The notes: a model not told the origin generated them from the sequence alone. A stretch of DNA of 64,000 bases from Nostoc sp. DedSLP01 (GCA_034530875.2 JAVRCJ020000027.1:42328-106327); one strand, 5' to 3'. Shown: positions 9,475-19,884, counted from the stretch's first letter. Made by a program: numbers and translations.

Positions 9475-10083
9475 ATGAGCAAATCTAAGAGTGTTGAGCG
9501 CGATCTATCTCCAGAAAAAACAGAAATGATTCTGGATGGGGCAATGCAAGAGTTTCTAGAAAACGGCTATGCGGCTGCCAGAATAGATAAAATTGCGGTA
9601 GCGGCAGGTGTTTCTAAGGCAACGATATACAGGCGTTATCCCGACAAGGAAAGCTTGTTCATAGCATTGATGCAGCAATTAGCTTGCAAAAAAGAGATTT
9701 TTAATTCAGAACAACTCCAATCTGCTCAGGGCGATCCAGCTTCTTTTTTGAGATCCTTTGCAAATAAGATGTTTGACAATGTTGCAGACGATCCGCAAGC
9801 TCTGACATTCTTGAGGATTATTATTGGTGAGTCAGGAAGGTTTCCAGGATTAGCACGAGCATTTGTGAAGAACATTGAAAAACCAATGCTGGAATCTCTG
9901 ACGCAGTACCTAGCTTCTCACCCAGAACTTGAGCTTCCCGATGCGGAAGTTGCAGCGCGAGCCTTTGTTGGGACACTCGTTCATTTCGTCATCCTGCGAG
10001 ACATCATGCAAAGTGGCGATTTAGTACCGATGGAACGCGATCGCCTACTCGATAATTTAGTTAAATTAATTATTCATAAGTGA
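9475..10083 (+). CDS. TetR/AcrR-family regulator
   Basis: IAVAAGVSKATIYRRYPDKE HTH. Confidence 0.93.
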   Translation: MSKSKSVERDLSPEKTEMILDGAMQEFLENGYAAARIDKIAVAAGVSKATIYRRYPDKESLFIALMQQLACKKEIFNSEQLQSAQGDPASFLRSFANKMFDNVADDPQALTFLRIIIGESGRFPGLARAFVKNIEKPMLESLTQYLASHPELELPDAEVAARAFVGTLVHFVILRDIMQSGDLVPMERDRLLDNLVKLIIHK

Positions 10084-10096
10084 GAATTCACGCATT

Positions 10097-10206
10097 ATGT
10101 GAATTACACGCTAAAACCCTTGATTTATCGTTGTAGAGACGTTGCACCGCAACGTCTCTACAGGGCGCACAATCCTTGATATTTCGTTCATTTCGATAAT
10201 TCACAT
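10097..10206. mobile_element. MITE-like element with central GTAG hairpin
   Basis: 10-bp terminal inverted repeat ATGTGAATTA/TAATTCACAT; central 14-bp stem TGTAGAGACGTTGC-acc-GCAACGTCTCTACA (10132-10162). Confidence 0.65.
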
Positions 10207-10310
10207 CAGACGTAATTCCTCCCAGGTGCATCTAAAAGTCGGGAAACCCACCCATGCAAGTGGCTCCCCAACCTACGATTCTGTGCGCCTTCAAAGAGAG
10301 CTGGTATTAG

Positions 10311-11192
10311 CTACCCAACTATTACCTCACTGTTACTATCTACATAATCCGTACTTACAGTCACCTTCTGCCAAGCATCCAAATCCGTTTTGACCCATTC
10401 CAGTTTTTCCTGAATCAGGCTCATGGCATCGGTGCCTAATGCCAGTCGCATCGGTGGATGGGGACTTTCCACAGCTTGAATGATGGCTTGCGCCGCTTTC
10501 GCTGGATTGCCAGGTTGTTTACCATCCATCTGTTTGAACCACTGCAATGAAGCACCGCTCACGGTCGCATAGGCATCAATGGATTGTTCGGTTGTTGCTA
10601 GAGAGCGTCCGTTAAAATCTGTGCGAAATGCCCCTGGTTCAATTAAAGTGACCTTAACTCCAAAGGATTCAACCTCCTTAGCTAAGGCTTCAGATGTACC
10701 TTCCAGAGCAAATTTAGCGCCACAGTAGAGGCTGCTTCCACCAAATCCCGCTAATCCTGCTGTGGATGACATATTGACAATGTGACCGCTGCCTTGCTGA
10801 CGCATCACAGGCAAAACCGTTCGCATCAGACGGAGCGCCCCAAAGAAGTTGGTTTCAAAAAATCGGTGAATATCAACATCACTGACTTCTTCGAGTGCGG
10901 CAATGAGTCCATGTCCAGCATTGTTGACCAGCACATCAATTCGACCAAATGTAGCGTTCGCTGTATCAACTGCTGCTTGTATGTCTTGGGATGATGTTAC
11001 ATCCAAACGTACAGCCTTTGCGGTTTCTGGATAGTGTTCAATCAAAGCGCGAAGTTGCTCTGGTTGGCGAGCAGTAGCTAGCAGGAAGTCGCCCTTCTTC
11101 AACACCGCTTCTGCTAGGGCCCGTCCGAACCCTGTTGAACATCCTGTAATCAACCAAACTTTAGGAGCGACGCGATTTTTATCTGAGTTCAT
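10311..11192 (-). CDS. Short-chain dehydrogenase/reductase
   Basis: TGCSTGFG, NNAG, YCGAK; ATG 11192 with GGAG. Confidence 0.93.
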   Translation of the reverse strand: MNSDKNRVAPKVWLITGCSTGFGRALAEAVLKKGDFLLATARQPEQLRALIEHYPETAKAVRLDVTSSQDIQAAVDTANATFGRIDVLVNNAGHGLIAALEEVSDVDIHRFFETNFFGALRLMRTVLPVMRQQGSGHIVNMSSTAGLAGFGGSSLYCGAKFALEGTSEALAKEVESFGVKVTLIEPGAFRTDFNGRSLATTEQSIDAYATVSGASLQWFKQMDGKQPGNPAKAAQAIIQAVESPHPPMRLALGTDAMSLIQEKLEWVKTDLDAWQKVTVSTDYVDSNSEVIVG

Positions 11193-11336
11193 TTGTTTTC
11201 TCCAATACAAAATGATGAGATGCCAAGATCGGCGCAACTGCAATTGTGTAACTTACTTTCCACATTAAGTAGTCTGAATAAATATGTCCAATATAATTTT
11301 TGTCTTAGACTAAGACTTAAAAGATATTAATTGACA

Positions 11337-12236
11337 ATGGAACTTCGACACTTGCGTTACTTCGTGACTGTAGCTGAGGAACTTCATTTTGGTCGCGCCG
11401 CGCAACGACTACAAATCGCTCAACCGCCACTCAGTCAACAAATCCGTCAACTCGAACAAGAACTCGGTGTCGAGTTGCTGTATCGGACAAAGCGAACAGT
11501 CCGACTTACTGAAGCTGGACTTGCCTTCTTAGAGCAGGCACGACAAATTCTAGTGCAATCTGAGCAAGCGATTGAGGTAGCCCAACGCGCTTTTCGAGGT
11601 GAAGTGGGTCGTTTAGCGATTGGATTTGTTGGATCTGCCACGTATAGCTTGCTGCCTGCTGCCGTGCGCTCGTTTCGCCATCAGTTTCCTGATGTCCGTT
11701 TGATGCTGCATGAAATGACCACGACCGAGCAAATTGAAGCACTGTATGACAATCGCATTCAGCTTGGCTTTATTCGTCCGCCGATAAACGATGACGAACT
11801 CACCGTGGAAACGGTTTTAGAAGAATCGTTTGTCGCTGTATTGCCACAAGCACACCCGCTTGCGACTCAAACACAACTGTCATTAGCATCACTCGCCCAG
11901 GATTCTTTCATTTTATCTCCACGTCATCTGGGAAGCGGCTTTTACGACCAAATTATCCGTTTGTGTCAACAAGCAGGATTTATTCCCCAAGTAACTCAGG
12001 AAGCAATTCAGATGCAAACTATTGTCAGCTTAGTAGCAGCGGAATTAGGAGTTGCGCTTGTCCCAGCCTCACTCCAGAATTTGCAACGAGTAGGGGTCGT
12101 CTACAAACCACTCGAAGACCAAACGCTCTATGTCAAGTTGGCAATTGTTTGGCGAGGTGCAAACACCTCGCCCGTACTACAGCAATTTCTAGCGCGAACC
12201 AGAGCCGTTACACAATATAGTGCAGCGTTTCATTAA
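11337..12236 (+). CDS. LysR-family regulator
   Basis: MELRHLRYF...HFGRAAQRL...QPPLSQQI; divergent from the SDR gene. Confidence 0.95.
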   Translation: MELRHLRYFVTVAEELHFGRAAQRLQIAQPPLSQQIRQLEQELGVELLYRTKRTVRLTEAGLAFLEQARQILVQSEQAIEVAQRAFRGEVGRLAIGFVGSATYSLLPAAVRSFRHQFPDVRLMLHEMTTTEQIEALYDNRIQLGFIRPPINDDELTVETVLEESFVAVLPQAHPLATQTQLSLASLAQDSFILSPRHLGSGFYDQIIRLCQQAGFIPQVTQEAIQMQTIVSLVAAELGVALVPASLQNLQRVGVVYKPLEDQTLYVKLAIVWRGANTSPVLQQFLARTRAVTQYSAAFH

Positions 12237-12293
12237 GCAATGCTGTTGAGGCTTATCGAAACGCTTGTACTCCCCGAACTCATAAATGCGCCC

Positions 12294-14672
12294 CTAAGAT
12301 ACTATTCCCGAGTTCTGAATTCTTTCAACTTGCTTTGGAGCTTTTATTTCAGTAAATAACTGAATTGCTTGATGAAAATTACTTTGACTCTTATCAGATT
12401 TTGCCATTTTTTGATAAGTTAAACCAAATTGAAAATAAGCTTCAGCTAAGTCACATTTAGCACCGATTTTTTCCAAAAGTTCGATTGCCTCTGTATGATT
12501 AGCAAAAGCTAATTCAAAATTTTCTTGGTATCTATGGATTTCTGCTAAACCATTGAGTGTTTTAGCTTTAACTTGCATATAGTGGCTTTCTTCTGCAAAA
12601 GTTAAAGCTTGGCTGAACATCTGATTTGCTTTATCAAATTCTCCTAAATTGACGTAGGTTTGACCCAAAATTTGGATAAAATAAGCAAATCTACCAGTTT
12701 GTTCTATTAGTTTTGGGTTGGTAATATTTTGATAAGCTACATCTGCCAATTGATAAGAAGCATCGCGTAAACCTAAATAAGAATATACTAAAGCTAAACA
12801 CACCGAGGCTTTTTCTGCCCAACTGTGATGCTTAGTATTTTGGGCTAGGTAAATTACTTGTTGAAATAACTTTGCGGCTGCTTCTAGTTCCCACAAATCT
12901 ATTTGATAAAGACCAATACTTAATAAAGAATCTACCTCAAGCATCCTCAGATAATAAACTGTATGCTTATTTTCTGGTTGAGGTACAAGTGATTTGAGTG
13001 CTTGGGTTGCTAAATTAATAGTTTTTTCTTGACAGGCGATCGCTTGACTAATTTTACCTGTTATCCAATAGAAATCGCCCAATATATTGTAAAGTTCGCT
13101 GAGATTTTGATGATTATCCAGATTATTAACAACTCGATTAATTGCCGTAAGTATCGGTTGAATTAAACCCATCCGATACAATGTACTTCCAAGAGGTAAA
13201 AACTGCTGCCATTGATTATTTCGGCTTTTGAGAATAACTTGACCTGCTAATTCTAATTCCTGAATTTCGATATAGTGATAATATGCTTCTAAAGCTTGCA
13301 AAGCATCTTTAAAAGTTTCAATTTTTTTAACACTATCTGTCCAAAATTCAGCGGCTTTGTGGTTGGCAATTTCCCATTCCTCACTGGGTCGTAAACGAGC
13401 GATCGCTTCTGCCCGAATCACTGGATGCAGGCAATATTTACCTTGATCGCACTCTATCAAAGACCGATTTCTTAAGGAAGTAATAATTTGGCGATGTTGT
13501 TCGGATGGAACATCCCACAGCAAACAAAATAAACCTTGAGATGGGATACTTGGTATATCTTGATAGCGATAACAACCCAAACGGCAAAGCAAGCGATAGG
13601 CTTGGGGGTCGAGATTTTGTAAGCGATTAATTTGACTAACTGCTAAATTTTTTAAATCGGTTGCTGCTAGAGGATCGGCCTGATTTTCTTGCCAATAAAC
13701 AGCCATATCGCCATCAAAATCTTCTTGAATGGAACCACAGAGAATTCCCATTGCTTTAGCATTACCGTTATATGTGCGATGCATAATTTCTAAAGTTGGC
13801 GAATCTATGGCTAATCCTCGGTTGCTAAAAAACTGTTGCCATGCACTTTTATCCAAACCAGGAAGCCGATAATGATTCACATTTAGCCCAGGTTCGCAAA
13901 GGCGATCGCGGCTAGTAATTAGAGTCACAGATTGCACCCTAGCATCAGCTAAAATCCGTAATAGCTCTACATAGTTGCGGTGAGAAGCAATCAACCCACC
14001 TTTTCCATCTAATGCAGGTTCGAGATTGTCAATTAACACCCCAATGCGCCGATTGTGGAGTTGGCGCTTGAGTCGTGCCAAAGTTACCCCAAATTCTACC
14101 CCAGGTTCTTCATTAAAATCTTGTTTGAGCCATTCCTCTACAACTCGTTCGGCGGGAGTGATATTTTGCGTTTCCTTGGCCATCAGCAGTTCCAAAACCA
14201 ACTCAAAATTCTGAGTTTGGAGATATTGCTGCGCCAGAGTAGTTTTGCCCAAACCGCCTTCACCTTGGATAACAATGACTTTCGAGCCTTGATTTACCAA
14301 AGTATTCAAGTGAGCGATCGCTTCTGTTCGTCCAATAAAATTGCTATCCTCTAATTTTGGGGCGGCGTGTGGCGTTCTGGAGTAATCAATCAGACTGGAT
14401 ATCGTATTACTTTTTCTCAGAACCCGTTCCAAAGTAGCGCGACAATTACTTTTAGTAATCTTCTGGCGCAGTACCTTAGAAAGTAACTTCCACAACTGAG
14501 AACCAGCATCCTTAGCATGTCCTTCCGTACAACCGTAAGAACGAGCAATATCCAAGTATTTCCTACCCAACCAAACTTGCCCAAGAATGACTTTTTGCAA
14601 ATCGCTCAACCGTTCCCCGGTTTGAGCAGGAACTATGGTGTCTAACCATGCTAATGCTGCTTGGGCGTCCAT
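12294..14672 (-). CDS. HTH + NB-ARC (STAND) ATPase + TPR protein
   Basis: N-terminal YLDIARSY...GSQLWKLLS HTH-like region; Walker A GEGGLGKT; Walker B VLIDNLE; LITSR; C-terminal TPRs. Confidence 0.85.
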   Translation of the reverse strand: MDAQAALAWLDTIVPAQTGERLSDLQKVILGQVWLGRKYLDIARSYGCTEGHAKDAGSQLWKLLSKVLRQKITKSNCRATLERVLRKSNTISSLIDYSRTPHAAPKLEDSNFIGRTEAIAHLNTLVNQGSKVIVIQGEGGLGKTTLAQQYLQTQNFELVLELLMAKETQNITPAERVVEEWLKQDFNEEPGVEFGVTLARLKRQLHNRRIGVLIDNLEPALDGKGGLIASHRNYVELLRILADARVQSVTLITSRDRLCEPGLNVNHYRLPGLDKSAWQQFFSNRGLAIDSPTLEIMHRTYNGNAKAMGILCGSIQEDFDGDMAVYWQENQADPLAATDLKNLAVSQINRLQNLDPQAYRLLCRLGCYRYQDIPSIPSQGLFCLLWDVPSEQHRQIITSLRNRSLIECDQGKYCLHPVIRAEAIARLRPSEEWEIANHKAAEFWTDSVKKIETFKDALQALEAYYHYIEIQELELAGQVILKSRNNQWQQFLPLGSTLYRMGLIQPILTAINRVVNNLDNHQNLSELYNILGDFYWITGKISQAIACQEKTINLATQALKSLVPQPENKHTVYYLRMLEVDSLLSIGLYQIDLWELEAAAKLFQQVIYLAQNTKHHSWAEKASVCLALVYSYLGLRDASYQLADVAYQNITNPKLIEQTGRFAYFIQILGQTYVNLGEFDKANQMFSQALTFAEESHYMQVKAKTLNGLAEIHRYQENFELAFANHTEAIELLEKIGAKCDLAEAYFQFGLTYQKMAKSDKSQSNFHQAIQLFTEIKAPKQVERIQNSGIVS

Positions 14673-14763
14673 TTGTAACAACTAGGATAGTTCAGACTTT
14701 ATTGACAACTATAAATCACTCTACAGTTATGCTTGTCAAATTTTCGGATAAGATTTTGTAAAT

Positions 14764-14790
14764 CCGACTTTTTTCCCGACTTTTCCGGCC
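14764..14790. promoter_or_regulatory. CCGACT direct-repeat boxes upstream of the NB-ARC gene
   Basis: CCGACT at 14764 and 14776, matching the block at 16801-16827. Confidence 0.55.
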
Positions 14791-14871
14791 TTGGCTCAAA
14801 AACGAAACTGTAAAAGCCTTGTGTTCTAATAAAATAAGACTTATTAGGTCATTCCAGCACCATCATTACTT

Positions 14872-15555
14872 ATGGTGAAATCCGACCCCCGCCAATCTTT
14901 GCCTAGCAGTGCTGAACTTCCTTGTTCAGACGACACGCCTGTGGATAACGAAGACCAGAATTTTATTCCCAATCTACTTTTGTTCTTGCTGCAATATATT
15001 TGGGCAGACCGTAATGATTGGTTTTTTAGTGTTGATATGGGTGTTTACCATACCACAGGTGTCAGCCCACTTGTGCCAATTGTTCCAGACGGATTTTTGA
15101 GCTTGGGTGTAGAACGGCGCAAAGCAGGTAAATCGCGTAAAAGTTATGTTCTTTGGGAAGAAAACGAAATTCCACCCATTCTTGCTTTAGAAATTGTCTC
15201 CTTAACTCCGGGTGGAGAATATGACAAGAAATTAGATATTTATGCCAAATTAGGGGTACTGTACTACATTATTTATAATCCAGAGTATTGGCAAAGAGAC
15301 CGTCACCAACCTTTTGAAGTTTATCGCTTAGTAGATGGTAGCTATCAATTGCAAATTGGCGAACCTTTTTGGATGCCAGAAATTGGTTTAGGAATTGGTA
15401 GAGGGCAATACATATCTGGTAATATCCCGCGTCAGGTTTTGTATTGGTATGACCGACAAGGGAAGCGCTATCAAACTCCAGAAGAACAGTTAGAATTAGC
15501 ACAGAAACAACTTGAGCGTTATCGTCAGCAATTTGGGGATTTACCAGAAGGTTGA
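14872..15555 (+). CDS. Uma2-family putative endonuclease
   Basis: DDTPVDNEDQ, VPDGFL, LEIVS, YAKLGVLYYIIYNP. Confidence 0.9.
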   Translation: MVKSDPRQSLPSSAELPCSDDTPVDNEDQNFIPNLLLFLLQYIWADRNDWFFSVDMGVYHTTGVSPLVPIVPDGFLSLGVERRKAGKSRKSYVLWEENEIPPILALEIVSLTPGGEYDKKLDIYAKLGVLYYIIYNPEYWQRDRHQPFEVYRLVDGSYQLQIGEPFWMPEIGLGIGRGQYISGNIPRQVLYWYDRQGKRYQTPEEQLELAQKQLERYRQQFGDLPEG

Positions 15556-15561
15556 TTGAAA

Positions 15562-15846
15562 ATGCTGTACGTGGAAGAAATTTTTTGTCTGGGGAATAAA
15601 AAGTATCAAATACTCATTGGTGAGAGTGGAATTAGGTACTGGGCAAGCCTAGCCTATGAACAAATTATCACAAGAAAAAAGAAAGGCAAACCCAGGAAGT
15701 TATTAGAGTGGTCATGTATTGTAGAACTGAAGCAGGGTTCTGAGCTATTCGATACTCTTGTCCCAGATGGAGGGCTTTGGGCACCGTTGATAACCTATTT
15801 AAAAGAAATTGCTCGACAACATTCAGAAGACAATCTTCCAAGTTAA
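15562..15846 (+). CDS. Hypothetical protein
   Basis: 94-aa ORF directly after Uma2; no recognised motif. Confidence 0.5.
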   Translation: MLYVEEIFCLGNKKYQILIGESGIRYWASLAYEQIITRKKKGKPRKLLEWSCIVELKQGSELFDTLVPDGGLWAPLITYLKEIARQHSEDNLPS

Positions 15847-15886
15847 AAGAAGTAATTCATCAACTTGAATAAGATTGCTACATAGT

Positions 15887-15968
15887 ACTACTTTTTCCTT
15901 GACGCTTCCAACTCCATCACATAAAACTGCCGACTTCAGCCGACTGACAAAAGCAAGTGCGATCGCTT
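15887..15968 (+). repeat. ~80-bp duplicated promoter block, copy 1
   Basis: Ungapped match (offset 914) to 16801-16882, including TGCCGACTTCAGCCGACTGACAAAA and terminal GTGCGATCGCTT. Confidence 0.9.
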
Positions 15969-16021
15969 TGTTTTGTACGGTGTGTTATGCTGCTCTGTTA
16001 CACACCCTACCAGATTGGAAC

Positions 16022-16435
16022 TTATTCAGTTACATCACAAACTAACCTTTTAAATAAAGACAGAGAAATAATAGTTGTGTTTAACAAAGTTTGTGCTTCA
16101 TTAAAATCAGCATCACCCGTAATAAAAAAATCTGCTTCTGCTGCAATAGCACAAGCTAAAAACTTTGCATCTTTCCTATCTCTGGGAAAATCAACCTCCA
16201 CATCCACATCAATTAATGTTGTTACTGAATCAATTAAATAAATCCATCTTTCGTATTGTGCCTCAGTTAACTTTAAACGAGGGCGCTTTAAAACTTCTTT
16301 ATATTCTGCTATAATTTCAGCCGATACAATCCACTCAAAAGCAGAATTAGCAATTACAAATAAAATTACTGCCTCTGGATTTTTATCAGCTATAGCAGCA
16401 GATACTACAATATTAGTATCAATAATAACTTTCAT
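16022..16435 (-). CDS. PIN-family toxin
   Basis: MKVIIDTNIVVSA, RDRKDAKFL, ITGDADF acidic PIN residues. Confidence 0.9.
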   Translation of the reverse strand: MKVIIDTNIVVSAAIADKNPEAVILFVIANSAFEWIVSAEIIAEYKEVLKRPRLKLTEAQYERWIYLIDSVTTLIDVDVEVDFPRDRKDAKFLACAIAAEADFFITGDADFNEAQTLLNTTIISLSLFKRLVCDVTE

Positions 16436-16671
16436 TCTCCCAGCCTATAAGCTTCAATTTCTGCTGCTATTTCTTCATCAGTCAAGGGATTATCTGCGTG
16501 TATCGCTTGTATTTCTTTAAATAACTTTTTTACTTCTTCTGCTAAAGTAACCTTTTGATTATCCTCAGTTAAAATAATCACCTTAACTCTCTGTCCTGCT
16601 TCAAATGGTAAATTAGATAATACTAGCTGCTTGGGATCTGCAATAGTGATATATGTTTTATAAGAGTTCAT
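16432..16671 (-). CDS. Putative antitoxin
   Basis: 79 aa; ATGA overlap with the PIN gene; acidic LTDEEIAAEIEAYR tail. Confidence 0.8.
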   Translation of the reverse strand: MNSYKTYITIADPKQLVLSNLPFEAGQRVKVIILTEDNQKVTLAEEVKKLFKEIQAIHADNPLTDEEIAAEIEAYRLGE

Positions 16672-16800
16672 AATTTATGCTGTTACTCAAATTTTATCTA
16701 CCATTGTTCTAACAATTTCGCCACATTCTGTGCAATTCTCTCTTCTTACTTTGGAAACTCATCCTATAAGGCTAAGATTTTAAACCCAAATTTTCCATAA

Positions 16801-16882
16801 CCAACTTTTTCCCCGACTTTTCCAACTTAATTATATAAAATTGCCGACTTCAGCCGACTGACAAAACAAAGTGCGATCGCTT
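16801..16882 (+). promoter_or_regulatory. Promoter block with five CC(G/A)ACT boxes, copy 2
   Basis: Hexamers at 16801, 16813, 16822, 16844, 16854; ends at HIP1 about 40 bp before ATG 16924. Confidence 0.65.
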
Positions 16883-16923
16883 AGGCTATTGGGCAAAGAG
16901 ATAAAAAGCAAAGTATAAAAATT

Positions 16924-17862
16924 ATGCTTAACGCCCTCAGCCCAGTTGCAGAAGACTCAGCACCTCAAAGTTATCCCAGTCCTGACTATTTCCAAACACA
17001 GCAGTGCATTCGTTCTCTTGTAGACAGATATGTTGCAGCCGAAAAACTACACGAACGTTTGCAAGATTTACCGATACAGTTTCAAAATCCCCAACCGCGT
17101 CCTTGGAAACTCATCGACTGGCAAACAATAAATCGCAATCAAATTATCGGCATAGAACCAGAAGTATTCTTATCGATATTGATAGGTGCAATGGATACAG
17201 AAGCACCAATTCGCGGCTACACCCAAACCAGTCGCCAATATTTGGAAAAATTGCATCCTCAGATGGCGCGGTTTGTTGGTGGAACAGTCGGCGAAGACAA
17301 CAACCTCACAGAACTTGGTTTGTGGGAAAAAGAAGAACGCCAGCATACCCCTGCATTAATTAAGGTTTACACCCAACTAACAGGCGAGAAAATTACCGCA
17401 AAACATCGCACAGTTCGAGGCTATCTCCCCACAGATGACCCTCACGAGGATTTATATCGCCACGGCTTACACCGCATTGCTACAGAATACGGTGCAACCT
17501 GCCTTTACCTTTGGCTAATGGCTCATACCACAGGCGCACTCTACGACGTACTCGAAGAACTAGCACAAGACGAAATCAACCACATGACCAAATTCTGGGG
17601 CTTTGGAGTCTGGGCTTTTCCCGATACAGGGTTAATCAGAATTGGACGCACCCTCATAAAAACGCGGTCGCAAAACTATCAGCGCAACAACCTCATACGC
17701 ACCCTCCGCCGGATGATGGCTACCCTCAACTGGAACGCCTGGTCATTAGCCAACAAAACCACCCTCCTTTTCACCTTCACCCACACAATGCATCGCTTGT
17801 GGACTTGGAACAACACCCTCACACCAAAATACCTACAAACTTTATTTGAAACTCCTCAATAA
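16924..17862 (+). CDS. Ferritin-like di-iron carboxylate enzyme
   Basis: E...ExxH...E...ExxH pattern: DTEAP, EERQH, TEYGA, DEINH. Confidence 0.8.
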   Translation: MLNALSPVAEDSAPQSYPSPDYFQTQQCIRSLVDRYVAAEKLHERLQDLPIQFQNPQPRPWKLIDWQTINRNQIIGIEPEVFLSILIGAMDTEAPIRGYTQTSRQYLEKLHPQMARFVGGTVGEDNNLTELGLWEKEERQHTPALIKVYTQLTGEKITAKHRTVRGYLPTDDPHEDLYRHGLHRIATEYGATCLYLWLMAHTTGALYDVLEELAQDEINHMTKFWGFGVWAFPDTGLIRIGRTLIKTRSQNYQRNNLIRTLRRMMATLNWNAWSLANKTTLLFTFTHTMHRLWTWNNTLTPKYLQTLFETPQ

Positions 17863-17978
17863 ACCAATCGTTCAGACGCGATGAATCGCGTCTCTACATG
17901 AAACCACCTCTTCTTCTCTCTCTGCGTCTTTGCGTCTCTGCGTGAACTTTTTATCATTTCCCTCAACCCCAAAAACCC

Positions 17979-18725
17979 ATGACTCCATTACCCACCGACT
18001 TAAACCCCCAACACCTCCCCCACCACATCGCCGTCATCATGGATGGTAACGGCCGATGGGCAACCAAGCGAGGCTTACCCCGCATCGCCGGACATCGCCA
18101 AGGAGCAAAAACCCTCAAAGAATTATTACGTTGCTGCAAACACTGGGGAATCAGAGCATTAACAGCCTACGCCTTCTCAACAGAAAATTGGCAGCGTCCC
18201 ATTGAAGAAGTAAATTTTCTGATGCTTTTGTTTGAGCGATTGCTGCGCCGCGAGTTAGCACAGATGCATCAAGAAGGAGTGCGAATCTCATTTATTGGAG
18301 ATTTATCAATTTTACCCAAATCTCTGCAAATAGAAATGCAACGTTCAATGGCAGAGACATTAAATAATCAAGCAATACACTTTATAGTTGCAGTGAACTA
18401 CGGTAGTCGCAACGAAATTACAAGAGTCTGTCGCCAAGTAGCACAACTAGTAGAACGAGGCGAACTCAGCACCGAACAAGTGAATGAAAGCCTGATTCAA
18501 AAACACCTCTACACAGCAGATACTCCCGAACCAGATTTACTGATTCGTACTAGCGGTGAGATGCGATTGAGTAATTTTCTACTTTGGCAAATGGCGTATA
18601 CAGAAATGTACTTTACTGATATTCTTTGGCCAGATTTTGACACAGAAGCATTTCATCAGGCTTTGTTGAGTTACCAAAAACGCGATCGCCGTTTTGGTCA
18701 AGTTAAAACTTCACTCTCAGCCTAG
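17979..18725 (+). CDS. uppS: cis-prenyltransferase (UppS family, possibly a paralogue)
   Basis: [43 protein letters not shown]. Confidence 0.92.
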   Translation: MTPLPTDLNPQHLPHHIAVIMDGNGRWATKRGLPRIAGHRQGAKTLKELLRCCKHWGIRALTAYAFSTENWQRPIEEVNFLMLLFERLLRRELAQMHQEGVRISFIGDLSILPKSLQIEMQRSMAETLNNQAIHFIVAVNYGSRNEITRVCRQVAQLVERGELSTEQVNESLIQKHLYTADTPEPDLLIRTSGEMRLSNFLLWQMAYTEMYFTDILWPDFDTEAFHQALLSYQKRDRRFGQVKTSLSA

Positions 18726-18750
18726 CCTACAAAAATCTTACTAAAACCTC

Positions 18751-19884
18751 TCACCTAATCGACACCAAACCCGCTTCATTTATTAATTGCTGACCTTGCT
18801 CGCTCAACATTAAGTTAGCATAAGCTACTCCGGCTTGTTCGTCCAAGGTACCGTCTCGTTTGATGACGACAAACAGCCGTCTAACTAGGGGGTAAGCGTC
18901 CTTGGCAAAACCAATTTTATTTACTTGCTTGCCTATACAAGGAGATACAAAATTTTCATTAGACTCCCTAGCAATAGCAACAGGCTGAATCGATTGGTTA
19001 CAAACTTCTGAGGCTGTAGCAAAACTAATTCCACCAGGAGTTTTGGCAACTTTTTGTATAGCAGTTGTAGTGTCTTGCACGTAAGGTTTTACAGATTCGG
19101 CAAATGATTCATTAGCCAAAACTGTTTCTTCAACGTATTCAGGAGTACCCCCACCTTCTGGGTCGCGGCTTAAAGGAGTAATTTCCAGATTGGGGCCGCC
19201 TACTTGGTTCCAATTTGTGATTTTACCAGTGTATATATCCTTAAGTTGAGACACTGTTAAACCAGGTAAAGACAAATTAGGACTCACGTAAAAAGCTATT
19301 CCGTCAATGGCAACAGGTATCTGTTCTAGTTGAAAATTCTTTGTTTTCGCCTCTTGATATTCTTCTGTTTTTACAGGTCGAGACGATTGTGAAAAACTCA
19401 ATTGACCTTCTAAAAGCATCTTGATTCCAGTACCAGAACCAGGCTTAATTAATCCGGGTGGAGTAGCATAATTTAACTCAAATCTGGGATGAGCTTGTAG
19501 AATTTCCGCTATCATTCCCGGAGATCTTAGCGGTGCAAAACTTGTAGACCCACCGTACCTAAATCTTCCCTGGGGAATATTAGGTACGTCAGCAAAGGTA
19601 CGATAAAGAGGAATGGAATTTTGAGGAGAAACTGTAGGTTTAGGAGAAACTGTAGGTTTAGGAGAAATTGTTAAGTTACTATTACTACGAGAATTAATTA
19701 GCACGCATGAATTATTCAATTTTTGTTGACCTGTTGGGCAAGTTTTAGGCCAAAGTGCCCAGATTAAATAAGCATCGCCAATGGCAGCTATAGCTATAAA
19801 AATATTTATTATAATACGCTTTAATTTTGAGGTAGGTCTACGATTATTATCGAGATTGTTACGATTCATAACCTCTCTTGGCAC
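18751..19884 (-). CDS. Membrane-anchored PstS-like substrate-binding protein
   Basis: TM helix, YGGSTS, GSGTGI, QSSRP, VAIDGI, YPLVRRLF; start uncertain. Confidence 0.8.
   Translation of the reverse strand: MPREVMNRNNLDNNRRPTSKLKRIIINIFIAIAAIGDAYLIWALWPKTCPTGQQKLNNSCVLINSRSNSNLTISPKPTVSPKPTVSPQNSIPLYRTFADVPNIPQGRFRYGGSTSFAPLRSPGMIAEILQAHPRFELNYATPPGLIKPGSGTGIKMLLEGQLSFSQSSRPVKTEEYQEAKTKNFQLEQIPVAIDGIAFYVSPNLSLPGLTVSQLKDIYTGKITNWNQVGGPNLEITPLSRDPEGGGTPEYVEETVLANESFAESVKPYVQDTTTAIQKVAKTPGGISFATASEVCNQSIQPVAIARESNENFVSPCIGKQVNKIGFAKDAYPLVRRLFVVIKRDGTLDEQAGVAYANLMLSEQGQQLINEAGLVSIR

Noticed and set aside
15957..16241. Plus-strand 94-aa ORF and the many other short ORFs nested in real genes
   Set aside because: Antisense or alternate-frame shadows with no motifs
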